From the NCBI GenBank assembly GCA_002269645.1, contig NIVC01000230.1, forward strand, positions 434,001 to 498,000: 64,000 nucleotides of DNA, in the 5' to 3' direction. Source of the DNA: Macrostomum lignano. Lineage: Eukaryota. A program made the position numbers and the translations under genes. Numbering within the stretch: position 1 is the first letter of the stretch; the number at the start of each line of letters is the position of its first letter. Below, one piece after another: positions 25,220 to 43,746 of this stretch. The notes below the pieces were generated by a model, which was not told the DNA's origin, made no database searches, and saw only the letters and a program-made list of their open reading frames with translations.

Positions 25220-26280
25220 AGATGTACACTCTCTCCCCCCTAGCCTTCAGATGTGCACTCTCTCCCCCCTAGCCTTCAGATGTGCACTCTCTCCCCCTAG
25301 CCTTCAGATGTGCACTCTCTCCCCCCTAGCCTTCAGATGTGCACTCTCTCCCCCTAGCCTTCAGATGTGCACTCTCTCCCCCCTAGCCTTCAGATGTGCA
25401 CTCTCTCCCCCCTAGCCTTCAGATGTGCACTCTCTCCCCCTAGCCTTCAGATGTGCACTCTCTCCCCCCTAGCCTTCAGATGTGCACTCTCTCCCCCTAG
25501 CCTTCAGATGTGCACTCTCTCCCCCCTAGCCTTCAGATGTGCACTCTCTCCCCCCTAGCCTTCAGATGTGCACTCTCTCCCCCCTAGCCTTCAGATGTGC
25601 ACTCTCTCCCCAAGCCTAGCTTTCAGATGTACATTCTCTCCCATAGCCTACCCCTCAGATGTACACTCTCCCCAGCCTACCCCTCAGATGTACACTCTCC
25701 CCAGCCTACCCCTCAGATGTACACTCCCCCAGCCTACCCCTCAGATTTACACTCTCCCCCAGCCTACCCCTCAGATTTACACTCTCCCCCAGCCTACTCT
25801 TTAGATGTACACTGTCCCCCAGCCTACCCCTCAGATGTACACTCCCCCCAGCCCACCCCTCAGATGTACATTCTCTCCCCCAGCCTAGCCTTCAGATCTA
25901 CATTCTCTCCCTCAGCCTACCCCTCAGATGTACATTCTCTCCCCCAGCCTACCCTTCAGATGTACACTCTCCCCAGCCTACCCCTCAGATGTACACTCTC
26001 CCCCAGCGTACCCTTTAGATGTACACTGTCCCCCAGCCTACCCCTCAGATGTACATTCTCCCCCAGCCTACCATTTAGATGTACAGTCTCCCAGCCTACC
26101 CCTCAGATGTACATTCTCCCCCCAGCCTAGCCTTCAGATCTACATTCTCTCCCCCAGCCTACCCCTCAGATGTACATTCTCTCCCTCAGCCTACCCCTCA
26201 GATGTACATTCTCTCCCCCAGCCTACCCCTCAGATGTACACTCCTCCCAGCCCACCCCTCAGATGTACACTCTCTCCCCA
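25220..26280. repeat. ~28-29-bp minisatellite (CTCTCTCCCCCTAGCCTTCAGATGTGCA, shifting to CCCAGCCTACCCCTCAGATGTACA variants)
   Basis: Read directly. Confidence 0.9.
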
Positions 26281-27110
26281 GAGTACCCCGGCTTTAGGTA
26301 ACCACATTTTCATTTTATGATGTTTTACTTTCCATTTGCAAAAGAAAACTGTATGTCTTTGCTTAAGAGCTTAACGTGTAAATAGTAGCGGTTATGTGCG
26401 CCATTTGTCACTGCACTTGCAGAAAGTTTCAATTGCTCTGTGCGTTGCTAAATTGCCTAAAAAATTAATTAATTCATATTTTCAGGCTTTCAAATACCGC
26501 TTCTATATTCTAACAGATATATTTGCCTCTTCTATAATTTGTTGATTTCGATATATCAGAAATTATATTCCGCTTTAACTAACGGGGAGTCTTGTCTGCA
26601 TCTGTCTGGCTGATTTGAATTTTATAGCAACGCGTTCTCATGACTACTAATAGGCGCGCACCTGCACAGAGTGTGCCTACTTGTTTTATTATTTTATAAA
26701 CTCGCTGTACGCCTCAGTCTAGTAAAATAAATCAATAATGCTCTTCAGTGAATGCACAGCTGGTGTATGAGCTAGTTTTAATGGTAAGAGAGTTTCAGTG
26801 TCTTGATTTAAAAACAATCAATGATTTTCACAGTCATGACGGCAAACGTAAGGCACAAAAAGTGTGCGTGATTAGAAAGTCAAGGGGCCTCGTCGAGTGC
26901 CAATGCCAAAACCCCGCGTCAGTCAGCACACATGTAGTTTAAGTTCTCTTGGATCATATTCTAATTTTTTTAACTGAGCAATAAAGTTGGCTATAAAGTA
27001 CATTAAATTAATAAAAACCGATTCAAATCTTATCTCAACTTCACGCAGCCGTGCGCACGTGGCTCATGCAGACAAATTATTTTACCGCGCGGCCCGGGCT
27101 ACTGATAGCA

Positions 27111-27192
27111 GACGAGGTGGCCGAGTGGTTATGGCGATGGACTGCTAATCCATTGGGGTTTCCCCGCGTGAGTTCGAATCCCATCCTCGTCG
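27111..27192 (+). tRNA. tRNA-Ser(GCT), 82 nt, long variable arm
   Basis: GACGAGG/CCTCGTC acceptor stem, anticodon loop CTGCTAA, TTCGAAT T-loop, downstream T6 Pol III terminator; one A.C mismatch in the T-stem. Confidence 0.92.
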
Positions 27193-27779
27193 AGGATTTT
27201 TTATATTATTTTTAGTTCCCCAGATATATACATACTATACTTCAATATTACAAAATTACATTCCTACTGATTTACTACATTTTATACCGTTGTCTCAGGC
27301 AGGAACTCGACGAATTGTTATATTTCTCAAAATAGTCCTTTTTAAGACTAATTTACGAAATAATAACTAAAAATGCTACTCACGCTACTGACATTCTATA
27401 AAGTAGTTCCATTAGGATAGGAATCACTTACATGTAGGATTTCATGTGTTGAGAATGGCGGCGATACAGTAACTTTCTCTCCCTACCCATTCAATACGGA
27501 TGGTGAATATGAGTAGTACACTGTGCACTTTAGTTGCAGTTCTAAAATGAGTTGTCTCTAGGCGTCTGAATAATTAATTCCAGAAAAAAATAAAGTGACT
27601 TGGTAGCATAACAAATAAATGATTTTTATTTTTTTAATTTCACAGTAATTAATTGGTTTCTGGATGAAATTTTATTAGCAATCACTTCCACAAAAATTGT
27701 CATTAAAATTTTTAAAAATCATAAAATTGACGTACTACTCAAAACCTGTCAATATAAGTAGTATTCATTTACACAAAAA

Positions 27780-29367
27780 TCAAAGCTTAGCAAAGCTGGG
27801 CTTCTCTTTGCTAAGCGAGGCGGCCACCGCTCTGGCCACGTCTTCGCTCTGCAGCATGGCGGCATTCTCCGCGGCAATCTGCGCCAGACCTTCGGCCACC
27901 GGATGATCGCGGGCGAACAGTAGGGACCGTTTGGCGGCCTGTACAGCCACCGGGCTCTTGGCGGCGATGTCGCTGGCCAGGGACAGGGCGGCCGCCAGCA
28001 GCCGGTCGCGATCGTCCAGGACGCGACTAACCAGGCCGACCCGGTGCGCCTCCTCAGCTGGCAGACGACGCCCGGTGAAGGTGAGTTCGGCTAGCAGGCT
28101 GGCGCTGCCGAGCAGCTTTGGGAGCCGCTGCAGGGAGCCCAGATCCGCTGCCAGGCCCAGGTCTACCTGGGTAATTTAGAATATATTTTAGTGACGATAT
28201 GTATCGAAAAAATAGTTTTTGACGGATCAATCACCGAACTCTGAGCTGATGACAGAGTAGTTATATGTATCGAAATAACATATTGCAAAGCATTTTTTGC
28301 TTCAATAACAGAACATTTTATGCCGATATGTATCGAAAAAATTATAATTACAAAAGTCAAAAGAATTACAGAATGTTTATCTAACGTGATTTTTAATAAC
28401 CAAAAGAACTTTAAACTGACTTTTAAGTCGGGACAATATGCATCCAAATCTTTAACCGAGAAGAACGCATCGGAACTGCAATAGCGAATGTCGGCAGCCG
28501 CTACCAGATCAACTCCGCCACCGATGCAGCCGCCGTGAATTGCCGCAATCACGGGCTTGCTACAGCGCTCCAGCGCTGAGAGACCCGCCTGTAGGCGGAA
28601 CAGCGTCCGGCGAATTTCAGCCGCCTTGCGTGCTGGGTCCTGTGGTTTAGAATTGCAGTACTGATTTTTGCTTTATAAAGTTTACTTCGCTACATATCGG
28701 CTATAATAAATCTTTGCGTATTAAATGGCGTTGCTACGAGCGTAATGTTTAATTTAGCTTTGGCAGCGGTAGTCGGTAAACCATTGATTAGGTCAGTAAA
28801 ACCTCTTGAAGGAAATATCATAATGACCATTGAGATTCGAACCCAGGACCACTAAAGCAAAATACTGACGCATCACCTCAGTACCAATGAATACTCGTAA
28901 TAAAGCCAATCGTTTTTTGCTTTACAGAGTTTTTATCACTACATATCGGATTAGAATCGTGTCAATAGCAGTGTTAAAAATTTACACCCAGTAGATTTAA
29001 CACCCACCTGATCCGGATTAGAGCCACCCAACATTTGGGCCGCATCGACCAGGTCAAGTCCGGCCGTAAAATGCTTGCCTTCAGCTGACAGCACCGCAAC
29101 CCGACAGTCGGGATCTTCGCCGATTGCGTCAAAGCAGCGGCCGATTTCGTCGAAAAAAGCCCAGGTCATGGAGTTGAGTCGATCAGGCCGGCACAGCACA
29201 ATGTGTCGGACAAATTCGGACGGTTGAGTCACCCGGACATGGGTGAGCTGGCCAAACACGGCGGCCGGGTCGGGCATGGCGCTGCCGGCACTGGAGCACA
29301 GGTGTCGCCGACGGGATGCGCTGGCAGCTAGTGCTCGGACACTGGCGAGGAGGCGAGGGGCGGCAGC
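27780..29367 (-). CDS. ECH1: Delta(3,5)-Delta(2,4)-dienoyl-CoA isomerase (crotonase family); exons 29367-29008, 28639-~28449, 28166-27780
   Basis: RPDRLNSM, SAEGKHFTAGLDL, LERCSKPVIAAIHGGCIGGGVDL, VDLGLAADLGSLQRLPK, KSPVAVQAAK; C-terminal PTS1 AKL-stop; Arg/Ala/Ser-rich presequence. Initiator ATG not seen; donor after exon 2 is anomalous. Confidence 0.92.
28826..28890 (-). mobile_element. tRNA-derived SINE head or tRNA pseudogene fragment in ECH1 intron
   Basis: A-box-like TGGTACTGAGGTG and B-box GGTTCGAATC at tRNA-like spacing; no complete cloverleaf. Confidence 0.4.
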
Positions 29368-29419
29368 CTGCGGGAGCAGTGTGATGAACTTTACGATACG
29401 TATTGGCTAAATATACCTT

Positions 29420-29600
29420 TCAATACATATCGGTTAGAAATAAATTTCGATACATAACGTTTAAATATAGCCTTCGATACATATCGGCTAAATATAGCAT
29501 TCGATACATATCGTCTAAATATAGGTTTCGATACATATCGTCTAAATATAGGTTTCGATACATATCGTCTAAATATAGCTTTCGATACATATCGTCTTAA
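29420..29600. repeat. 27-bp repeat containing near-palindrome CGATACATATCG, upstream of the ECH1 acceptor
   Basis: Period of 27 checked at 29502/29529; the same motif occurs inverted three times at 28195-28345. Confidence 0.8.
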
Positions 29601-30354
29601 GTAGGATTTTTGATAATGCATGTACCCTATCGAAGCAACCTTTATAAGTATCCCAATACCAATAATTTACATACTAGAACTTTTATTCTTAATCAAGTTT
29701 AACTAAATAAAATAGTCCATACGGCCCGAAAAAACGACAAACTTCAATGAAGTCAGTTGACAAACTGTTTAAATGGGGGGGGGGCATTTTGCTAGTTTAT
29801 TTGCTGATCAGATAGAGATTAAACACGCGACGCGGTTAAACGAAACCAATAAAACAACGGCGACAAGCGACTGAAAAAAGAAGTAAAAAACGTCTTTTTT
29901 AAATGTACAGCGCAATGTTGAAATCGAACAAAAATTATTTTTGAACAGCATTTTATCTGACATAGTAAGCATTACTAATTCGGACTGGTTACTTTTTCAA
30001 CTAATATTACAATAATAGTAACAGCATGCACTACTAAAAGTACACAGCAGACAATAAAGGTACATATAAGTTGTAATATAGTATAGAAAATTAAATGATA
30101 TTTAAAAAACAAGATATTCCCAAGACGGACTGGTTTATCGTTTCCTGCTGCATTTTTAACTTGGAAAATTCATTCCCGACTAAAGTTGCCTGTTTCTTAC
30201 TAAGAAAGCAACAAAACTTGCTTTATCGAATATACACGGGGCAGATGAAATGCGAAGTTATTAAAAATTCAGAGACAATTTTGATGCCAGATACTAAAAA
30301 TACGTGACGGGTGGAATAAGAGTTGTTGGATGCGATCCATTGGGCGAGATCTAT

Positions 30355-30977
30355 AGGACGGGATCCATTAGGTGGGATCTGGATGGGATCCATGGAGCGG
30401 GATCCAATGGGTGGGATCCATAGGGTGGGATTCATAGGGTGGGATTCATAGGGTGGGATCCAAAGAATTGGATTCAAAGAATGGGATTCAAAGAATGGGA
30501 TTCAAAGGATGGGATATGGGTGGGATCCGTAGGATGGGATTTATAGGGTGGGATCCAAAAGGTGGGATTCAAAGGGTGGGATATACGGGTGGGATCCAAC
30601 ATCGGGTGGGGTCCATGGGGTGGGATCCATGGGGTGGGATCCATCCATGGGGTGGGATCCATCCGATGGGATCCATGGGTGGGATCCATGGGGTGGGATC
30701 CATGGGGTGGGATCCATGGGGTGGGATCCATGGGGTGGGATCCATGGGGTGGGATCCATGGGGTGGGATCCATTGATGGGATGGGATCCATGGGGTGGGA
30801 TCCATGGGGTGGGATCCATGGGGTGGGATCCATGGGGTGGGATCCATGGGGTGGGATCCATGGGGTGGGATCCATGGGGTGGGATCCATGGGGTGGGATC
30901 CATGGGGTGGGATCCATGGGGTGGGATCCATGGGGTGGGATCCATCGGATCGATGGGATCCATGAGGTGGGATCCAT
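30355..30977. repeat. 14-bp minisatellite GGGTGGGATCCATG between ECH1 and hnRNP L
   Basis: Read directly. Confidence 0.95.
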
Positions 30978-31098
30978 AAAAATGAAACTAGTCAGTCAAA
31001 CCAAAAGCACTGCACAAAGTCAAATCTGTAAAGACAGTCAGCCACCCTTTGCCGTCGCAGGTGAATCCCAGCTTAGCGACCATTCAGCGGCTAAAATT

Positions 31099-36695
<5,597 letters not shown>

Positions 36696-36864
36696 GATTA
36701 TTTTAGCTAATTAGTAGTTCGGGCTGACAATAGATTATTGTTTATTACTTGATTATTGGAACTGATTTGAACTGATAGACTGAAGCTGCACTGAGCTGAC
36801 AGTAACTGAAAAATGCATTAATTAGTAACATTAAAATTGTTATACTTAACTATATGGGGAAAGT

Positions 36865-38490
36865 GCCCTGTCTGTATCCCCTGTCTGTATGCCCTGTCTG
36901 TATGCCCTGTCTGTATGCAGTGTCTGTATGCAGTGTCTGTATGCAGTGTCTGTATGCAGTGTCTGTATGCCCTGTCTGTATGCCCTGTCTGTATGCCCTG
37001 TCTGTATGCAGTGTCTGCATGCCCTGTCTGTATGCCATGTCTGCATGCCCTGTCTGTATGCCCTGTCTGTATGCCCTGTCTGTATGCAGTGTCTGTATGC
37101 AGTGTCTGTATGCCATGTCTGCATGCCCTGTCTGTATGCCCTGTCTGTATGCCCTGTCTGTATGCAGTGTCTGCATGCCCTGTCTGTATGCCCTGTCTGT
37201 ATGCAGTGTCTGCATGCCCTGTCTGTATGCCCTGTCTGTATGCCATGTCTGCATGCCCTGTCTGTATGCCCTGTCTGTATGCCCTGTCTGTATGCCCTGT
37301 CTGTATGCAGTGTCTGCATGCCCTGTCTGTATGCCCTGTCTGTATGCAGTGTCTGCATGCCCTGTCTGTATGCCCTGTCTGTATGCCATGTCTGCATGCC
37401 CTGTCTGTATGCCCTGTCTGTATGCCCTGTCTGTATGCCCTGTCTGTATGCAGTGTCTGCATGCCCTGTCTGTATGCCCTGTCTGTATGCAGTGTCTGCA
37501 TGCCCTGTCTGTATGCCCTGTCTGTATGCCATGTCTGCATGCCCTGTCTGTATGCCCTGTCTGTATGCCCTGTCTGTATGCAGTGTCTGCATGCCCTGTC
37601 TGTATGCCCTGTCTGTGTGCAGTGTCTGTATGCCCTGTCTGTATCCCGTCTGTATGCCCTGTCTGTATGCCCTGTCTGTATGCAGTGTCTGCATGCCCTG
37701 TCTGTATGCCCTGTCTGTATGTAGTGTCTGTATGCCATGTCTGCATGCCCTGTCTGTATGCCCTGTCTGTATGCCATGTCTGTATGCCCTGTCTGTATGC
37801 CATGTCTGCATGCCCTGTCTGTATGCCCTGTCTGTATGCAGTGTCTGTATGCCCTGTCTGTATGCCCTGTCTGTATGCAGTGTCTGTATGCCCTGTCTGT
37901 ATGCCCTGTCTGTATGCAGTGTCTGTATGCCCTGTCTGTATCCCCTGTCTGTATGCCCTGTCTGTATGCCCTGTCTGTACGCAGTGTCTGTATGTCATGT
38001 CTGTATGCTCTGTCTGTATGCAGTGTCTGTATGCAGTGTCTGTATGCCCTGTCTGTATCCCCTGTCTGTATGCCCTGTCTGTATGCCCTGTCTGTATGCA
38101 GTGTCTGTATGCAGTGTCTGTATGCCATGTCTGCATGCCCTGTCTGTATGCCCTGTCTGTATGCCCTGTCTGTATGCCTTGTCTGTATGCCCTGTCTGTA
38201 TGCCCTGTCTGTATGCCCTGTCTGTATCCCCTGTCTGTATGCCCTGTCTGTATGCCCTGTCTGTACGCAGTGTCTGTATGCCATGTCTGTATGCCCTGTC
38301 TGTATGCAGTGTCTGTATGCCCTGTCTGTATGCCCTGTCTGTATGCCCTGTCTGTATGCCCTGTCTGTATGCAGTGTCTGTATGCCATGTCTGCATGCCC
38401 TGTCTGTATGCCCTGTCTGTATGCCCTGTCTGTATGCCTTGTCTGTATGCCCTGTCTGTATGCCCTGTCTGTATCCCCTGTCTGTATGCC
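36865..38490. repeat. 13-bp minisatellite TGTCTGTATGCCC/CAG, about 125 copies, upstream of the hnRNP L ATG (probable 5' UTR intron)
   Basis: Read directly; a minus-strand donor AAG|GTAAGA lies at 38580/38579. Confidence 0.95.
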
Positions 38491-38714
38491 ATTCCTTCCT
38501 TCCTATGTACTAAAAGTGAACTGTCTCTATCTAGGTATCGATCCATTTGATTGATTCTGTTTTGTATGTCACGTCTTACCTTACGGATCATTTAAGATAC
38601 TCGTAATTAAAGTGATAGTCTCTATAGAGGGTATTTAAATAGAATTTAAAAAATTTACCAGAAAAGGAGAAACTTTGAACAGAAGATTCTTACTCCTATG
38701 GATACTTGATAAAT

Positions 38715-39200
38715 TCTGAGAAAATCTCACGTGAGATTCTTATAGATATTCTGATAACAGCAGAGTCTTAGAAAATCTCAGGTGAGATTCTTATAGATAT
38801 TCTGATAACAGCAGATTCTTAAAAAATCTCATGTGAGATTCTTATGGATATTCTGATAACAGCAGATTCTTAAAAAATCTCATGTGAGATTCTTGTTGAT
38901 ATTCTGATAATAGCAGATTCTTAGAAAATCTCATGTGAGATTCTTGTTGATATTCTGATAACAGCAGATTCTTAGAAAATCTTATGTGAGATTCTTATGG
39001 ATATTCTGATAACAGCAGATTCTTAGAAAATCTCATGTGAGATTCTTGTTGATATTCTGATAACAGCAGATTCTTAGAAAATCTCATGTGAGATTCTTAT
39101 GGATATTCTGATAACAGCAGATTCTTAGAAAATCTCATGTGAGATTCTTATAGATATTCTGATAACAGCAGATTCTTAGAAAATCTCATGTGAGATTCAT
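38715..39200. repeat. 51-bp minisatellite with internal palindrome AATCTCA-TG-TGAGATT
   Basis: Period of 51 checked at 38761/38812. Confidence 0.9.
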
Positions 39201-39639
39201 ATGGCACGGTAAAAGTGACTTTATGAATCAACACCGGATTGAAACAACCTTTAAGCACACATTGGCAAATAAAAAAGAAATTATGATGAAAATGCTTCTA
39301 GACAAATCAATGCAGATCCCTTGGTAACAGCAAACCCGGTTTATTGAACAATGGGCCGCACAAAGACACAGTTAAACAATACTAATCGAATTGGAAAGTG
39401 GTTGAGTTAAGAACACAGAAATTTGCCAGAGTGGAAAAGTTTAAGCAAACACTTTAATTAATCTAATGAAAAAGTTGTACATTGTGAGACAGCATACCCT
39501 GACTGTGCTAATTGGGTGCTAAAGATATCACAGGTGAATTAGCTAGCATTAAGATAGGTGCAAAAATGCCATTAAATGCAAAATATTCCTTTGATCGATT
39601 CTCAAAAAGTACTATTTGTAAGATTTGGAATGAAAATAA

Positions 39640-40000
39640 ATGAAACTGCGGGAGGCGGGAGTGAAACTGGGAGTGAAACTGTGGTAAGCGGTTGAAACTG
39701 CGAGAAGTTGGAGTGAGTGAAACTGCGGGAAGTTGGAGTGAGTGAAACTGCGGGAGGTTCGAGGGAGTGAAACTGTGGGAAGCGGGAGGGAGTGAAACTG
39801 TGGTAAGCGGGAGTGAAACTGCGGTAAGCGGGAGTGAAACTGTGGTAAGCGGGAGTGAAACTGTGGGAAGCGGGAGTGAAATTGTGGGAAGCGGGAGTGA
39901 AACTTTGGGAAGCGGGAGTGAAACTGTGGGAAGCGGGAGTGAGTGAATCTGTGGGGTGGGAGTGAAACTGTGGGAAGCGGGAGTGAGACTGCGGGAAGCT
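39640..40000. repeat. ~21-bp minisatellite GGGAGTGAAACTGTGGGAAGC
   Basis: Read directly. Confidence 0.9.
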
Positions 40001-40599
40001 GGAATCAAAAGCTAGCTGGTAAAGACTTCTGTTTAATGAAAGTTTAAAGATGATTCCCATTTGGCAACAAGTAAACATCTATGCACTGAGTATTTCCTAT
40101 AAGCAATCGCATGAAATCCTAAAACAGAAAGTGTAAAGTAGATCCAAGCCTTTTTGAGTGGCAAAAGATTCCGCTCTCAATAGCGATCGAATCGCGTGAA
40201 CTGAGGCGGCAGCGGTCGTGTGGGCGGAGCCCTCAGAATGTTAAAAATAAACTGGGCCACTCGAGAGCCGAAACTGAGCAGGCAAATTGGCAATCATTGC
40301 TAGAAGGTGCGAAAGAAAACGAAAAGCCCTCAATTGCCATTTGCCAGGCTTCTGCGCTTGAAGAAGTGAAACGAAACACCTGTAAAAAATAACGAATAAT
40401 CGAGCAGCTATACTCACAATCTGAAAGTTGGATGGGTTCATTTTGACAGCAATTCTGATGTTGCAAAATTAAAATAAAAAAATTTCATTTGCAACTGTAA
40501 CTTGGACTCTGGTTACAGAATTGCAACGAAAAAAGAAACCTAGGCGAACAATTTAATGCTTTCTTGCTTTCTAATACCTACCATCACTTTGACTGTTAG

Positions 40600-41590
40600 G
40601 CATCTGAGGATCTGGGAGATTGGCCCAGCAACTGACACTCTGGGAGGCTGGCCCAGCAACTGAGCATCTGCTGGGAGGCTGGCCCAGCAACTGAGCATCT
40701 GGGAGGCTGGCCCAGCAACTGAGCATCTGGGAGGCTGGCCCAGCAACTGAGCATCTGCGAGGCTGGCCCAGCAACTGACGATCTGGGAGGCTGGCCCAGA
40801 AACTGGGGATCTGGGAGGCTGGCCCAGCAACTGAGCATCTGGGAGGCTGGCCCAGCATCTGAGGATCTGGGAGGCTGGCCCAGAAACTGGGGATCTAGGA
40901 GGCTGGCCCAGCAACTGAGGATCTGGGAGGCTGGCCCAGCAACTGAGCATCTGGGAGGCTGGCCCAGCAACTGACACGCTGGTAGGCCGGCCCAGCAACT
41001 GACACTCTGGGAGGCTGGCCCAGAAACTGAGCATCTGCGAGGCTGGCCCAGCAACTGACGATCTGGGAGGCTGGCCCAGAAACTGGGGATCTGGGAGGCT
41101 GGCCTAGCAACTGAGCATCTGGGAGGCTGGCCCAGCATCTGAGGATCTGGGAGGCTGGCCCAGAAACTGGGGATCTGGGAGGCTGGCCCAGCAACTGAGC
41201 ATCTGGGAGGCTGGCCCAGCAACTGAGCATCTGGGAGGCTGGCCCAGCAACTGGGGATCTGAGAGGCTGGCCCAGAGACTGAGGATCTGGGAGGCTAGCC
41301 CAGCAACTGACACGCTGGGAGGCCGGCCCAGCAACTGACACTCTGGGGGGCTGGCCCAGCAACTGGGGATCTGGGAGGCTGGCCCAGAAACTGAGGACCT
41401 GGGAGGCTGGCCCAGAAACTGACGATCTGAGAGACTGGCCCAGCAACTGGGGATCTGAGACTGGCCCAGCAACTGGGGATCTGAGACTGGCCCAGCAACT
41501 GGGGATCTGAGATTGGCCTAGCAACTGGGGATCTGGGAGGCTCGCCCAGAAACTGAGGATCTGGGATGCTGGCCCAGCAACTGAGGATCT
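40600..41590 (-). repeat. 28-bp minisatellite GCTGGCCCAGCAACTGAGGATCTGGGAG, about 35 copies
   Basis: Read directly; same family as 17805-18022. Confidence 0.92.
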
Positions 41591-43746
41591 GGGTGCAAGA
41601 GACAGTGCAAAGTCTCTAGATGGCTGAAAAAAATTTTTTGATTAAGTTAAGTAACGAAATGTTGGGCTTGTAAAATTGGGATCACATTGTTTTGAAGTCA
41701 GATTAAGATGCACAAGTAATGGTTAAGCCCTTGAATTGTAATTTAGGAAACCATGCTTGAGACTAGGTTTATTCAAGACAATTACTACTAAACTTAGAAA
41801 TTTTAATTTTAGAAAAAATTCTGCAAGAAATTAAATGGAACATAACTACTTGCAAATATAAATGATGAATCAAATTTTTTAGGCTACTTAAATTATTAGA
41901 TTGCATTAAAATTTTAATACTTTTAATTTAAAGTTTAGTTTGCTGAATTTAATAAATTATAGAAACTGTAAAAAGTAAAGCAGCAAAGGAAAAAGCACTT
42001 ACCCTGGTATCCAGCAATGTAACTCCATTGAAAGGGCATAGTGAGTCCATGTTATTAAACTTATGAATTCAAATAAGTTGAAGGCTATGAGATTCATGAC
42101 AATTGTTGAATTCTATTTTGCAGTACTTGTTGTAAAATCTGAAAGGATAAAACAAAATTATACAATACTCGCTATGAATATGAATTACAAATGATAAAAA
42201 ACTTTTATATAGTAAAATTTCGTTTCAAGGTGTTTCATAGGCCTTTGGCAATAAAACTATCAGCTAGACATTTTTCTTTCTGTTAGTCCTTTTGCAGACT
42301 AAAGGGTCTTTAGAGATCATACATGTGCAACACCTGGCCAAGCTGGCCAATCTGAGGGGCTCAGCCAAGGTAAGTTGCAAAAAACCCACCTGAAAAAAAA
42401 CATAAAAGTAATATTAATATAGTACTAATTAGATGGCAAGGCATTTAGCAATAATACAATTATAGTTTCTCTTGCTATTTACCCAAAATTGAGAAATCCC
42501 AAATCCAAAATTACCTAGGAAGCAAGTGGAGTTGCAGGCCCTGAACAAGTATAATCAGTGCGATCTAGTTAAGTTCAGATCTAGTTCTAGTTCTAGTTCT
42601 AGCACAATTAAGAAAATGTTGGTTTCTTAGTATAATAAGTTCAAGTAGACTCTGTCCCTTATTTAGACTAAATGGTAAACACCTTTTAGCCTCCCTATTC
42701 TTATACTAAACTTACCCTATTCCCTAGGATTTTTAGAAGGAAAGTTCTTATTTTATATCTTTCTATTCAAGGAAAGACTTCCTTTTATATTCACTTGAAA
42801 TACAATGTCACAAATTTGTCCCAATGGATACTTTTCCCAGAGCTCAATAGCTCTATATTGGTAGACAAACTTGCTGTTTCTAAATTTCCCCTGACTTCTA
42901 TTACTTCCCTGGGGCTGAACTACTGTTAGTAGCATAAAAGCAAAACTGCTTTTTTGTAATTTTAATCTTTCAAAGAATTTCCTCTAGACAAATAGGAATT
43001 CAACTAGCAAGACCTTTATTAAAAGTAGCAAAACTGCTTAGAATAAACCCTTCTACTTCAAAACTCTAGTTTTAAAATCTATACAAAAATTTTATATTTG
43101 TTTTAATTTGCAAAATATTCTTAATATTTGATGTTTGTTTTAAATATCTGATCAACTTAGTATAAATAAGACTAAGACCTAAGAGTAAAGTTTAAAGGAA
43201 AGAGACCAACTTATTCACTTGCTATAGGCCTAAGCTTCTAAACATGTTTACAAATTTTTTTTTCATTTTTTGTTCTCATATTAGAGAGATTAATTGAACA
43301 TTCTCATATACATTGCCATAGGCCTATACTAAATTGCCAATCATTTTATAGTAAGAGATTCTAAGTTCTAATACATATTTAGAGATTCTAATACATGTTT
43401 AGACTAAGCACTTTGACCCTCTAATCTTGGTAATGCTTAGACTGGAGAATAGTATACATACTAGTAAGAATGCTCAGGCCAAGATTACACAAACATGATT
43501 TATATAAAAATGCTACTAAGGATGCTACCAAGAACACTATTAGTATTAGGAATGCTACTAAACTTATACTAAGATTGAAAAAGTAAAATACAATAGGATT
43601 AATTAAATAGAAAGTTAGACCTATTACAACTTAGTGGTAGATTTTAGGATATTTAAATAGACAGAACAATATATAGGCCTACTATTATAGCTAGTGATAG
43701 CTAAAGAATCATTTATTAAGATAGAAGTAGGGTAAGCCCTAAGATA

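Noticed and set aside
38715-39200. CRISPR-like palindromic repeats (51-bp units)
   Set aside because: The whole unit repeats, with no unique spacers; it is an ordinary minisatellite.
42060-42085. Selenocysteine read-through of the TGA in the cryptic minus-strand exon
   Set aside because: No SECIS or selenoprotein motif was identified; CpG decay or non-coding status is simpler.
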